A DNA stretch of 64,000 bases from contig NC_087436.1 in assembly GCF_036321535.1 (NCBI RefSeq), positions 66,094,001 through 66,158,000 of the forward strand, read 5' to 3'. This DNA is from Camelus dromedarius. Lineage: Eukaryota. The position numbers and the translations under genes are program-made. The notes beneath the pieces were generated by a model. That model was not told the origin of the DNA, ran no database searches, and saw only the letters and a list, made by a program, of their open reading frames with translations. Below are positions 1-13,599 of this stretch, one piece after another; the stretch's first letter is position 1, and the number at the start of each line of letters is the position of its first letter.

Positions 1-1472
1 AATGTATTTCAAACAATCTTGCCACATATTTAAAGTGTTATCTAAACACATATGTAAGCAAAAGCATGCTAATTGAACAACATATTTTAGAGTGCAAATT
101 CCATAAAATTCTGCATTTTGTCCTTGGAAAACTGCAATGCCACATGATCCTAAATGTCAAGGAAAATCATAAGACCTGATATGGTAATCAACTGATATTA
201 TATGTCATGTTTAACAACTTTACCCATACCTTTTTTTAATATTGGCAAAATTGGCAAAGGTCATGAGATAGTAATAATCACAGAACTTGTAAATGAGTTT
301 CTTCCCAATTTAGGTAAGTATTTCTCAGTAGCTGAACATATTAATAACATTCTGGAGAGTATCAAAACTAAGACAGTCCTATTAGGTTGGACTATAGTAA
401 TGAGTATAAATTGATTTCTATTTAAATATTATGAAACTTTCTCTAAGTCTAATTTACATTAAAGGGTTGCCTTGATTTCAGTCTGTTAAACGAGAGATTA
501 TTAACAGAATATCAAATGATGAATTCTGAAATAATGTACTCAATTCAGAAATAGTTTTTGGAGCGTGTATATGAAAATCATGGTTCATACCATTATAATG
601 GTAACTGTACATTAGCTTATAAAGAAATATGAAAAGCTAACACCATATTTTCCTGTATGAGCCATATATTATGGTGGATTATTTCAATAATAAAACAAAA
701 ATTCATGAAATAGCATTATTGTTTTTGTTTTGTTGATTGCAAAATTCTTCCTGCAGGGGATATTGCAAAAATTTATGGCTTCAACCTTTAGTTTAGAATT
801 AATGTTATTGCTGAGCTTTGGGATTACAAATAGCTATCTATTTCCAACATAACAAGAGACAACCTTTACAAAAGCCATTTAATAAATACTGCCTTTGCTA
901 GAAGACAAAAATGTTTATTATGTGATAGGTATTGACAAAGGGCAGAGAATAAAGGAGAACAGTTATAAAATTAAAACAGAGAATAAATACTTTACTTTCT
1001 ATTGATAAGCTCTATCTACTTGGCAAAATAACACTGTCAAAAATTTCTAGCATAGATAATTTTTAATAGTCCTGAAAATTATTGACTCTTCATGCATTTT
1101 CTTCTATAAATTATGAACCATTTTTAAAATTTAAGTAGCAAGATATGCCATTTCCTATGTTAATTCAGGATATTTAAAAATAAACTTCAGTATTAGTTTT
1201 ATATATTATTTTGCATATGAAAACATTGTGATAATTTAAAGAAATTTGTCTTCAATGCTTTTAATGATCTAAGCTGAAGTTTTGAGATTAGGTATGAAAT
1301 TAGGCTTTGGGATAAAAAGTTGTATTCGGTTGTTAATCATGCTCTGCAATTCTCTGATTAATATATTTTCTTTATTCACAGTTGCATCTCTAATGCCAGC
1401 CTAAACTATTTTTTGTTTATTTCTTTGGTTTATTTTAGAAGACTTAAAACACCTAGTAAACTAACTGTTGTC

Positions 1473-1500
1473 TATATATACATATATATATATATATGTA
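1473..1500. repeat. (TA)n microsatellite, interrupted
   Basis: tatatatacatatatatatatatatgta. Confidence 0.85.
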
Positions 1501-3049
1501 AAGATTTTTCTTTGTAGCTGTATACAAATTTGTAAAATTAGTTAGAATATGGAGCTCATTGCATATTAGTTTCTTGAGGCAGTCTTTTGGCTCAATAGTG
1601 TACAAATAGTAATGCCTGAGTTCAAGGATTAAGTATGTGCTTCTTAGTATAGAAACAATTAGCTCATGATCATGTGATTGCTCAATATATAGTTTATGAA
1701 AAGTGACACCAAGGCTCTAAACATGGCTCAGGAGGCAGAGGATGAATGTCCTTTCCTTTGGCTGAGGCGATTATTTAAGGACAGCATAATTATGTGCCCT
1801 CTATGAATCATCTACATAAATTTAGGTTTTATTAATTCTAATGGAAGGAGACTTGCAAATAATTCTATTAAATTTATTATTCACAACATAGTGCAAGAAT
1901 GCGAATGTGGAAAAATATCAGCATTTGTTGCTGTCGTCATACACTTAATAGAAAATTTTATTACTGTGAAAAGTAGCTGTCAGTATTTAAAGATATATTT
2001 TAAGACTATAATATACAGTAAATATGATAACAAAATGTGTTTTTTCTCTCTATTCTTTTTGTTAATAATTTTAAACGTTTGTTTTCTTCAGTACCATTCG
2101 ATTAAGTACCATTTACTGAAGGGGTTTAGTAAAGATTATTTCCAATCGTAATAGAACAAGCCATTCAGCACAGAGATATGATGTGGTTTATGTTATATAA
2201 ATACGCATATAAGATGTAATATATATTTATTTCATATTATATATTTTGTATATATGCAGGTATATGAACATATATTTGCACTGTATTATATTTATATTTT
2301 AAACGAAATTATGCAAGGTATATTTTGGATTGTGATTATTATTCAAGGTAAGCTTATTATAAATTACACATAATTTATAAATTTTTATTTTCAAGAATAT
2401 TATTACTCATTTTGGTTATAAGTGCTTAAATTAGTACTTACAAGGTATTATTCTACTTAGAGAAAATATATAATTTTTTTTTTTTTTTAGTTTAAATTGG
2501 CCCAAGTAACAATAAGTGACATTGCTTTGCTTTTGTTGATTCAATTCATGGTTCTGATAAATCTTTAGGAAATAATATAGTTTATGGAAACATATTATTT
2601 GTCAGCTTATTGTTGCACTTTTTATCATTTAGTAGCTATTATAATATTACTATAAGAAAAAGCAAACAGTGTAAACATTTAAAAATATAATCCAACCTGA
2701 AATTTGTATTTGCTTACCAACCAATGTGATTAAAACCTAAAATTCTTATGATTTTTAGTTAGCAAAATATTTTTGCATAGATCAGGCAGATGACTGTTGA
2801 GAGCAAAATTGATAGAAATAATCTTACAAAATAGTTTACATTTAGAGGGCTATTTTATAAGTAACCAACTACCAAATAATTATACAAATACTAAAAACTA
2901 AAATTCAAGTTTACTTTTAATTGTGGTCATTTTAGCATGAACATGAACATAATCTGCAATTCTGCTTGCTTCAATGTATTGTAAATTCTATCTAAAATTC
3001 TTAATTTTACTCACAAAGACTATAACCAAGAAAGAACATATAGTCTCTG

Positions 3050-3700
3050 TCCCTCATTTATTTCTATTAATTCAAATCCAACAAATATTTGTATGATTAA
3101 TATGCTTGGTCCTTTCCCTAATCTAAAGGAATATAAATTGCAAAGAATCTAGAATCTAGGTGTTTAAAGAAAGTGGGAAAAAAAAAAAAAGAAATAGAAG
3201 TGCCAAAAACAAGTCTCAAAACAAAAATGGGTGGCACATTATAGTATCTCATTACTTTACAATTGGCAATTACAATCAATAATTGCTTAAATGCACAGAA
3301 TAAGGAGTGAGCACTATGGCAGTATTTTATTTGAAGACTTTCAAGATGTTCAGACTTGAAATAGTTCTTAAGTAATATAATGGTTATTTCGGAATGTGGA
3401 AATGTGTGCTGATGAAACACAAGGCTTAGGCAGGAGACAGAAGTAAATAAAGTTTAAAGGAACAGAGAGTTCTAAAATTGAGAGTAAATATAAAGCATAT
3501 GCACATTCAACCCTACAAACAACCCCTTAGGGGGGAGGAGGGAAATGAAAGTGAAATTGAAATGAAAATGAGTAAGAAACTCATTTAGGAGAGATTAAAA
3601 GATTTGCCAAAAAATTCCATAAATAACAGGGCTGTTACTATATTTCAGAAGATGAGAAATTAAGATAAACTGAAAGTGCAGTTTAGAGCCATGGCATTTA
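3050..3700 (-). mobile_element. L2 LINE fragments (ancient, degraded)
   Basis: cattta...ttcaaatccaacaaatatttg resembles the reverse-complemented L2 3' tail; purine-rich L2-like sequence follows. Confidence 0.45.
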
Positions 3701-3767
3701 TTATAATATTTCTTAAGATGAATTTGGAGAAATTCTTGATACCCATTTCAAAAAGTAGTTTCTAGAG

Positions 3768-4260
3768 TATGCCAGTTCAGACTCTCTTATTTTTAAGCAA
3801 CAGGCAACTCAGTCCAAAGTGACTTAATTTAAAAGGGATATAAAAACAATCTGCAGTTAAACCCACTTTTATGATAATCTGACCAGTAAACTCAAATGAC
3901 ATCACTAGCAATCAGTGTCTCTTCTCTCCTCCACGTGGCTTTATTTTCAGTTTCCATGTTATTACAAGGTAGCTTCCAGCAATTCCAGACATAGATCCTC
4001 CTACTTTCAAGTCCAATGAAAAGAATATCATGCCCAGGTTGCTCCAACAGAAATCTCTATACTAGCTCTTAATGGCTTCAATAACATCATGTGGCATTGT
4101 CTAAATGAAATAACTGGCTAAAGGAACATGACACTTAACACATGCCCATTTACGGAGCCAAGGGCTAATTTAACATTAGCTAAACACATGGTTTAAAATT
4201 GAGGTAAAGCTAGTTCTGCCTAACTGGTATCAGGATTCCATTGTTAGAATTAAGGTGAAT
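3768..4260 (-). mobile_element. MaLR LTR, MLT1J/K-like, degraded
   Basis: aagcaacaggcaactcagtccaaagtgacttaatttaaaaggga resembles the recalled MLT1 end (caagtgacagaaacccaactcaaactggcttaagcaaaaaaggga). Confidence 0.5.
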
Positions 4261-4279
4261 GTTATATCTGTTTGGAAAT

Positions 4280-4495
4280 TTTTGGATACTATATTTCCTT
4301 TGAGGATACAATACATACATTGCCCTATTAAAATCTTTAAGAAGTCTTACAGGAAATAAATAGGTTAAACTTGTTAAATTTAGAGTTTCTGAAGTTTAAA
4401 TGACCAACACACACAATTTCTTAAATTGTTTTTCTGTATCACTTTTAATGTCTGGTAAAGGTAGTATTCTGATAAAAAATTTTGGAAAACACTGA
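4280..4495. mobile_element. hAT-Charlie non-autonomous fragment (MER112/Charlie4z-like)
   Basis: taaacttgttaaatttagagtttctgaagtttaaatgacc ... ttttggaaaacactg resembles the terminal part of this group. Confidence 0.45.
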
Positions 4496-4509
4496 TGCAT
4501 AATTGGTTT

Positions 4510-4680
4510 TGAGACTGAGTTTTCATTTTATTCAGTAGGGGAAAAAAAACTATTGAATGAATAGTTTCCCAATTGCTAATATGATTGAAAATATGGTTTT
4601 GGGTGATTAGACTAGCAACATTATGAAAGATGGACTGTGGTGAGGACAGACAGGAATTGGAAGGCTATTGTAAGTGTATG
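4510..4680 (-). mobile_element. L2 fragment
   Basis: tttcattttattcagtaggg...ctattgaa...gatggactgtggtgagga...ggaaggctattgtaa matches typical antisense L2 body. Confidence 0.5.
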
Positions 4681-5025
4681 CAAATATGTCTCAAGGTTTG
4701 TCCACATTGTTGACTGATCCATGGAAGCCACAACTTTATTAGGTGATCTGGAAAAGTCATATAGCCAAATTTTTGTGCTAAATCAGGATTTAAAGCACAA
4801 GGTCAAGAATTTGGGTGAGTATGAGGCATTCAGGATAAAAAATTCTTAGGGGAAAATGTCGGGTTTTAGAAACAAAGGTGAGGACATTAAAATTAACACA
4901 TTTTATTAATGTAAAAGCTGAGAGGAATTTGTAGTATATATAACATAAAATCTAATACTTTGAGCCAATTTTTTTTTGGTGACAACTGGAAGTATTTGTG
5001 GAGTGTTTGCTTTGTTTTGGGGGAT

Positions 5026-5075
5026 ATGTGTGTGTATGTGTTTGCTTGTGTGTGTGTGTATGTGTGTGTGTGTGT
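5026..5075. repeat. (TG)n microsatellite, imperfect
   Basis: tgtgtgtgtatgtgtttgcttgtgtgtgtgtgtatgtgtgtgtgtgtgt. Confidence 0.85.
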
Positions 5076-5727
5076 TGACACACTAGATTTAGAAATGTTT
5101 CCAGTAATTCAAAAGACAAAGTAAAGATTGCACCAGTGAAATTTTACACTCAGTTCCTATATGGATGTAATACTGATACAAAAAGGCCAGGTAACAATTA
5201 AGTGGACTTTAAGGAAGGTTTTGTGGAGAGATGCAAAAAGGGAGAGCAGAGGAATAAACAATGCCAGACAAGGGGAAGGGAGAAGAAAGAAAAGAAAATT
5301 GAATAGAAGATAAGTTAGGGGAAGCGAAGAAAAAGGAAGGCAAGGGGAGAGAATTTAAAAAATGGTAAGAAAGAAAATGGTAGTGCCTGATTTCAAAATG
5401 TCTAGACTATTTTATTAGTTTTTTAAAGTACACTTTTGCCAAGAATCCAAGAATCATTTAGTGAAATAATTATATGACCAGAAGGCTGCAAAATTACAAC
5501 TTTAGAGATTTTTTTTTCTAATTTGATGACATTGGCATATTTCTAAAATACAGATATGAATATATCAATTTCATGTTTAGGAATAGATCCAAAAACATGA
5601 ATGTAGTTATCGTTATTAATATAAACATGTGCAATAATATAGCCTGTTAGTTTCATAAAGTGATTGCTGGTATAAACATATGGTGTATTTTTATGGTTTT
5701 GAATTAAATATCTTCTTAAACAAAATC

Positions 5728-7969
5728 ACATCATTTACAAATATTTTCTGTAAAGTACTTGATAGTAAAAATAAAAAATGAGTAAATATTTGCTCAATTA
5801 GCAAAATTGAGGCTATGATGTAGATACTTTTATAACCAGAGAGAAAACATTTCCACAAAGTTTTTGTTATTTTTGAAACAATAACATTAATAAGAAGGTA
5901 TTTTAAAATACAAGTATAATAATAGAAATAATAGACTTTTGGAGGGATGATATTTTACTTAATTGGGATTCAAAGTGAATGTTCTCTATCATCAAAAGTG
6001 ATTGTAAATATTCATCTGCTAAAGCTGACATGTAATTAGTTTTACATATTTCATCTTTAAAATGTCTTTCTACACAGACAGGCACTTACAAATACTGTTA
6101 TCAATCCATAAGCATATAATTTGTTGTGAGACATTTATAGAATGTTATAGATTTTACTTTTCTTAAAATTTCTCTCTTAGCCTGTCTTATGATTGAAGAT
6201 TAATCATTTCCAAATGAAGGTTTTGTAGAAGCTCCTTAATTGCACAGTGAAATTTTTTTTTGAAATCTGAACATTTCCTTTGGACTTGTATTGAGTTCCA
6301 AAAAATGCTGCTAGAACAGTTGTGAATTCACAAAATACATATGTTTCAAACTTATTGGAAGGTGGGGATCTTGCTTTTTGTTTTAACTTTGAGAACATGG
6401 AAATTACATAAAGCAACTTGTCGTTACCTCTAATTCTAGACAAATGAGTAGTCCAGATAACTCTACTACAGTATTAGTTTCACATATAAGTACTTTTTTG
6501 TTTTGCACGTTTAGTATAAATTCATTAAGAAATATTATCAGCAAAATCTAGTTTCCAAAGCCACTTAATATACACCATTAGTGGTTGAGGGTCGTTCTCT
6601 TCCAAGAAAACTAAAACAACTCTACTCTCAACTAATGCAATCACAATAAAATGTTATGATTTCAAACCATAAGTTTTCTGTATTGTAAATTGACAAAGAT
6701 TATCTTGCTTCTATTTCTGCAAAAAAAAAAAAAAAACAAAAAACATGGAATTAATTAGTTTTAAATCCATGAAAGCAAGTGAAGTTCATCACTGACACTC
6801 AGTGAGACAATAGGTTCAAATATTTTTCACAGAGTATCTATCCAAGATTAATGAAGGAATAACCATAAGGTATAAACACCGTGCATTTTCAAAAACCTTG
6901 AGAATTTGTTCAAATATACCTTTTTGTACTCCACACATATTTCCCCCACAATCAGCTATAGCACTTCATAGCAGATTCCACTTGAAGTTGTATTGCATTA
7001 CTGTTTTCTCAATATCTTTGAAAATATTCTCAACTGTAGTCGTTCCATGCAGAATATTTTGTAGAGGCTAATTCTTCTGTCACTTCAAACTGGGCATTGA
7101 CTCTTCAAATAAACAACAATTTAGCAGTGCAAGTACCACACGTCCACTCAACAAGAGGTGAAGGACAATGCTTGAAGTCACTTGCTTTGTTATATAAGTG
7201 AATATTAATGTTGCTCCTAATGTCTTCAGTCCTTCAAAGCAACTGTTTTCACCAAAAGGCTAATAGTCTTAAACAAGTATATATATGTTTGGACATATTT
7301 CTCTGGCTACTGCAATCAAATACCATTCAAGGAACTCATCATCAGCAAACATTTTCCCCTGTTAGCAAAAATGACCCTGTCAGAAACTTGCTTTGTTCTA
7401 AGCTTTTACTTTCATTTTTAAAATGTTTTGTGAAGAAATTCTGATATGATGAAATATTCTATTTAAAATTTTTTTGTTTCCCAATAATCTGGAGACAATG
7501 TGATGAGTGCTATAGTGTCCAGTTTCATTATATGATAAACACAATACTTTGTCATACAATTTTATAACAAAATAATCTATAATTCCCTGTTCTTAAAAGT
7601 ATGACAGTCAAAGTCCATTTTTATATTCTTATTTTGACATGATGGGTATGCTTTGGTAATAAAAATAAAATAGAAATTCTGTTGAGTTATGACTATATTA
7701 TTGCAATTTGTTTCTTTCACAAGTACTCAGCTCTACCATTGTGGGACTAAACCAGTCATATAAAATATGCAAATGAGTGAATGTGACTGTGTTGCAATAA
7801 AACATTCTGGAAATTGGAATTTTAATTTCCTGTACTGTTCATTTCTATGATATGTTGTTTTATTACTCTTTTTTTCAACCATTTATTACTTTTTTTAAAT
7901 TTTAGTTCATTTACCATACAAAAATAGTCAACTATTTTTGGTCCATGAACCACGGTTTGCTTACCCTTC
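5728..7969 (-). mobile_element. Cheshire-like (MER58 family) hAT-Charlie DNA transposon, near full length
   Basis: Left end acaaatattttctgtaaagtacttgatagtaaa and right end gtgactgtgttgcaataaaac...ttttttcaaccattta...ttggtccatgaaccacggtttgcttaccc resemble the two MER58/Cheshire termini; a decayed transposase lies between them. Confidence 0.8.
5903..7640 (-). pseudogene. Decayed hAT transposase (Charlie/SPIN/GTF2IRD2-like), many stops and frameshifts
   Basis: Minus-strand pieces: ATG at 7640 then ..DYFVIKLYDKVLC (BED-finger region); LHGTTTVENIFKDIEKTVMQYNFKWNLL*SAIADCGGNMCGVQKG (about 7053-6918, catalytic core); ORF 5903-6085 ..YMSALADEYLQSLL.. (hAT dimerisation region). Confidence 0.85.
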
Positions 7970-8544
7970 TACTACAATATATATAAAATATGCTGTAACA
8001 CAAAAAAAGTTAACAAATCATTGATGTTTCCTATGTGATTAAATATATTTTCAATAATATTTATTTATGTATACAAACTGTAATTAAGAGAATGAAAACC
8101 AAAATACTGGAAATATCTGTGTAAGTGAAAATCATAAGGACAGAAAGACAATAAAATTAGAAAGTTTTTTAAAATCAAGTAAAATAATCAGAAGAAAACC
8201 TTGAAATAAAGTCTAACAATCTTGAATTTCTGTGGGCAAAAATAGAGCAAGCAAATAAAAAAGGACTGACTGTACATGCACAATTACTATTTCAAATCAT
8301 AAGATGTTTCTCAGGAAACAGTGGTGAATAATGTTTGATCTGCTGTCACCTAAGGTAATCATTGTTTATATTAACATAGATCATTTTCATTCATGTTACC
8401 ATCAAAATAGTTTGCTTCTTTAGACATTAATCCAAGTTAGACCTATTTTTCACTTTTTAGTCTCAATTTGTTACTTCTCGTATGTAGTTAATTCCACAAT
8501 ATATTGTTAAAGTTCTACAAAATATTATTAATTGTTAGTGAAGT

Positions 8545-8622
8545 GATGAAGAACCTGGATTCATCTTGGCCCATTAATATATGACTGTAGTGAATCACTT
8601 AAGTTTTCTGTACTTAGTTTCC
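8545..8622 (+). mobile_element. MIR SINE, 5' part (split by an LTR)
   Basis: tgactgtagtgaatcacttaagttttctgtacttagtttcct resembles MIR core gtgaccttgggcaagttacttaacctctctgtgcctcagtttcctc. Confidence 0.6.
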
Positions 8623-9070
8623 TTAGGTCTGGTTTTCCAGGAGAACCAGTGGAGAATTAGAATGTAAGTGATATATTAAGGAAGTGCACCCAGGAGAATA
8701 TCATGAGGGAATTGGGGAACAGAAACAGAGAACATGAAGCTAAGTAAGAATGTACTTTGAGGCAAGAACCCAACCTCAAAGTGATCACATAGGAAGCTGT
8801 GGAGTGTACACTGAACCTCAGTGGTAGTCTCACTTGAAGGAATGGAGCTGGGCTTCCCTACTCTGTCTACCAGTTAGACACTGACTATATCACCATAAAA
8901 ATGTAGACTCCTAGCACCCTAGCACTTGGCCAGGAGCTCCAGTAGCCCAAGGGTAGTCCTCTGAAGAAGGTCTCAGATACAGGCCATTAGAAGAAAAGCA
9001 CTCAGAAGGTGGGAGATAAGCACATGAATGGAACTGAGGCCACGTGGGTGAAACACCGACTATTTGTTAA
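8621..9070 (-). mobile_element. ERVL LTR, LTR33/LTR16-like
   Basis: cttaggtctggttttccagg...aagtgatatattaaggaagtgc start and gggtgaaacaccgactatttgttaaa end resemble LTR33-type termini; more GC-rich than the flanks. Confidence 0.65.
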
Positions 9071-9225
9071 AGCTGGAAAATAGGGGTATAATATTGCCTA
9101 AATATTTTTGAGTGCTCACTTTATCCCAAATACTAAGTGAAGCACTTTAGTTTGTTTTTTCTTTAAGGTAACATTTATGCATAGCGTTTACTCAATGAAT
9201 GTTGCCTAATATTGTTATTTTTATA
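9071..9225 (+). mobile_element. MIR SINE, 3' part
   Basis: ctggaaaataggggtataatattgcct continues the MIR core (ctgtaaaatggggataataatagtacct); actcaatgaatgttgcctaatattgttatt resembles the MIR tail. Confidence 0.55.
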
Positions 9226-9737
9226 GCTCAGACAAATTCAACTTTGTTGAACACACATATGTTATGAGATTAAATTGTACATTTTTGATAAGTTGTACCT
9301 CTTAATTTAAACATTAGAATGCCTTCAGTTATTATAAATTTATTATTTAATCTTATATCTTGTCCTGAATGAAAGACTATTCCAGGTATTATGATAATTA
9401 TACTGAGAGGATCTCCATGACAATAGCAATCAAGTTCCTAGTACTTTACATTGGACAAAAATAAACAGGTATCTTGTGTATCCCTTAGAGAATTCTATCC
9501 AGGTTAGTCTTGTTTTTCTTTTCTGAGTGTGTTATTTGCCACATATGTGGTGGTATATTTTAAGTGCAGGGAAGAAACAGGGTGAGAATTATAGTTGCTG
9601 GAAATTCCTGCTTTCTGGCTTCCTGATACCTTAAATGACATGTTATAACTCTTTTCCTTTGATTATGTTCACCTTTCCCTTTGACTACTTTAACTTCTGA
9701 GAATAGTACATTACTTATCAATTAAAAACATATATGT

Positions 9738-9739
<2 letters not shown>

Positions 9740-9770
<31 letters not shown>
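9740..9770. repeat. (TG)n microsatellite, about 15 units
   Basis: perfect gt run 9741-9770. Confidence 0.95.
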
Positions 9771-9773
<3 letters not shown>

Positions 9774-10963
9774 GGATATTTTCTTATTCTTCACATGGTA
9801 ACATTAAATAATGAGTCTTCAACTCCAATATATTTTATCCAAGATGATTACTATAGCACGAAAGTTTTATCTCAGTTCTCCATTAAATTCATCTTACTAT
9901 TTATAAATGTAATTATTTCTATTCAACATGGAAAATTTAGTGATTGTGTATATTTTTTGCTAATTATAATTTGACTTACAAATATATAGCTCATATTAAT
10001 ATATCCCTATATTTAAGGATATATGTCAACTCATAAAATTATTAATTTTAGACATCAGTAATAGGGTAGTAGCCAGATCTCTTTCTGTAGAATGTCATAT
10101 ACATACAGTTTTATCATTCGAATGGATTTTAAAACTCTCCTACAAATTGAAAGCTTATACCATTTCCTTCTGTCTTCACATATTGTGAATATGTCAGTGT
10201 GAGGCAGAGTTTGAAAGGTAGTAATTCAAAGTAGTGTGAGAATTAACTATACAAACATTTAGAGTAATTTGGGCTTATAAATTGCATAGCCTTCTTATAT
10301 ACTTTAAATGTACTCTTATTTAACTACTTTTATCTTACAGCAGATGTGATGGCATTCTATTATGTCAAGTCATAAGGCAAAGGAAAAGTAAGATTAGAAG
10401 AGCCCCGAAGAAAAATTTTAAATGTATTAAACTTGAAATGATATATAAATACAAGCAGAGTGGCCCCTATGAACAAAAGCACACAGAAAGCAGAGGTCAA
10501 AAATAGGAAATAGGGACTCAAGTTTTCAGCATGCACACCAGTGACAGTGCTACAATATCTCCCATGGATGCAGAGACTTCTGTACACTTCATGAGGTTGG
10601 CAGTATGAATGAATATATACTACAAGTGAATTAGAATCCCATCTTCCTTTGAAAACTATAATTTCTCAGAGAATATTTTGAAATACATTTGAAAGGCTCA
10701 GTCATTTTGCTTAACTTTCCCGAGTCCCCACATTACTCTTGTATGTAAAAGTGAAATGTGAGACAGAAAATACCTTTCTCACAGTGTTTTTATATTTTTT
10801 AAATGCCCATTGATTGATTGATGCAAAGTGTGTTCAAAAATACATTAATTACCTTCTTTAATCTTACATGAATTACTTTAAAACTCAAAAAAAATTTAAC
10901 CTTTTTGAGAGCGATAATCTTAAAAACAAAACAAAACAAAAAACTGACAATATTAAGCAAGAT

Positions 10964-10982
10964 TGTGTGTGTGTGTGTGTGT
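10964..10982. repeat. (TG)n microsatellite
   Basis: tgtgtgtgtgtgtgtgtgt. Confidence 0.9.
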
Positions 10983-11854
10983 TTATCTGGTTTCTTACGG
11001 ATTGTGAAAAATCATTTGACTAAATCTTAGTCTTTTAGTCTTTATATGTAAGGACAGGAATTTTTAAAGCACTTAATTTTCATCAAAGAAGGAAAGCCAT
11101 AATGTCTTTCTTACACACTTACCTTGAGATTAAGCCTGGATTGAATGAGAGTGATGTAACCTAGGGTGTAATGAAAAGTAGCATAAAGGAGCAAAGGAGG
11201 AGCAGGATTTGTTGGGTAACCTACAAAAGGAAAACAGTGGCCATAAATATGCAGATCACTTAGAGATTTTCTTATGTTTGAGGCATTCCAAAGCTAATTT
11301 TCATATATATAATATGTTCTGAGGCAATGACCCTGGGAGATATTATTTAAACTCTATTCAAAGGAAAATATTCCACAGATAATATTACCATTGACCTGTG
11401 TGCACCTAAACATACAAATCACTTCAGAATGGACTAGGTTAAGTTTCTCTCTTATCTTTTTTCAGTGCCTTTATCTCTGATTGAGAATAAAGGTATGTCA
11501 TTAGTCTGTACATCTTTCAAGCATAGAAAAGATATTTGTCTAATAATTCCCAAAACAAACATTCTTCTGTGAAGATCATATCTGAAATGTCTCAATATTA
11601 TAAAAAGAAAAGACAAAATTAATCCATTTCCCTTTCTGTTACTACAATCGGAACAATTTATCTTTAGAAGTTTAATTTATCCATAAAAGTATGTACCTGG
11701 AAAAACGAGCCATATATATTTATTCTAAGTGCTGGCTTGGTTAATCTTTGACAAAACATAGTGATAATAGGAAAGCAAATATATCCTTAAGAATAACTCT
11801 ATATAAATATCATTAATAGCAAATTCATACCGATAGATAAATGTTTATGTATAT

Positions 11855-12236
11855 TTTTTGGTCATGGTAAGAAAAGTTAACATGAGATTTACCCTCTTAA
11901 TGAATATTTAAGTGTACAATACAATATTGTTAATAATAGGTATGATGTTGTACAGTACATCTCTAGAACTTATACATCTTACATAACCAAAACTTTGTAT
12001 GCTTTGAACTACTCCTCATTTCCCCATCCCCTCAACAACCATCATTCTACTCTCTGCTTCTGTGAGTCTGACTGTTGTAGATAATTCATAAAGTAAAATC
12101 ATGCAGCATTTGTCCTTCTGTGATTAGCTCATTTAACATAGCATATTGTCCTCCAGATTTATTCATGCTGTCAAATATGGCAGGATTTCAAGATTTCCTC
12201 TCTTTTTAAGGCTGGATAATATTCCATCATATATAC
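11855..12236 (-). mobile_element. L1MB-like LINE-1 3' end
   Basis: tggtaagaaaagttaacatgagatttaccctcttaa...aagtgtacaatacaatattgttaa...accatcattctactctctgcttctgtgagt...gctggataatattccatc. Confidence 0.85.
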
Positions 12237-12761
12237 AAGTACTTCAGTGAGTTTAATTAGATTTTAGTGACTGATTATTACATCTTCTTTGGGTAGCAAC
12301 CATTATATTATTGATGTCTCTTAACCCCTGAATTTGCCTGACCTGAAGAAACCAGCAAATTTCTCTATTTAGATGTTCATGAATTTACTCCATATTGCTT
12401 TTAGCACAGTAGATTTCTGAAATGGCAAAGAAAAATCTGGCTTTTCAACCTTTTTTTTTTAAGCACAGAGTGTCTGTTAAGCATAAATTTATAATTTCAC
12501 AATTGTGAAACTACATTTCTTTTTTCACAAAGCCGGAGATACTGGGCACAATAAAGTGGATAATATATTCACTAAAACTAGCAGCGTACAGAATTTAAAT
12601 TGACCATATGACATTATTGTGAAAATATATTCTTTTGTTTCTCTGAAAGGTAATGATAATTTAATAATTCTATACTAGTGGAATGACATGTTGGTATATT
12701 TATTAGAGTGATTTCCAATCATCACACTGAAATGCCAGTGTTAAATCATCTATTTGTTAGT

Positions 12762-12978
12762 ATAATAATAGCTTTCATTTGAACAGTGCTTTACAATTTT
12801 CAAAGAACACTTTCATACATTATCCCTTCTGTTCTTCAAAATAACTCTGTAAGGAGGCAGATAACTGGCATCCCCTTTTTATATAAATGAAGAAATATTG
12901 GCTTAAAGAGTATTTATGGCATGGCTATAGAAAGTTAATAGCAGATTTGATCTTGAATCCCAGTGTTCTTTCCACCAA
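12762..12978 (-). mobile_element. MIR SINE
   Basis: ataataatagctttcatttgaacagtgctttacaatttt...catcccctttttatataaatgaagaaa is the reverse-complemented MIR core. Confidence 0.8.
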
Positions 12979-13599
12979 ATTATTTGGAAGTCAAATACTA
13001 TGAGAATTGCAAAATCAAGTCAGCGAGTATCATAACAAATTAGACTGTATTTAGATGACAACAGTTATCTAGATAAAAATGGGCATATTTCATTAGCATC
13101 TATAAATTTACAACTATCCAACATTTCAAATCATATACCTCCAACTTAGGCCAGTCCTTTAGAAAATGATCAGAATAATAAAGACAATCCTCATAATTAG
13201 ACCCCAAATGCCATTTTCATAAATTTAGTTTGCAGCGAGTCAAACGTGACACATAATTATCTTTGTTTCAAAAGACCACACTTCCGAATAGAATTCACTA
13301 ATGATTTAGTCTATCTTCTGGAAAATCCATATTTTCCCTAATGATCCTTAGAACTATCCACACTTTGCACTAATTTTGCATTTCAGATAACTTTTATGGC
13401 AGTGGCAAGGTCTTCAAGGATATGGGACAAGTTTCAGGCGCAGTGAATGTTTAGATGGTGTCAAATGATCCTGCTCCTGCTCAATGCTTCAAGAGAGGAG
13501 GAATCTCATGCCATACCTGCCTGATATATTTGCTTTTGGAGAAAAACCAAACTCTTGTCTAGTCTCACTCACCTCTTGCTGCTTTTTAAAGATGCTTAG

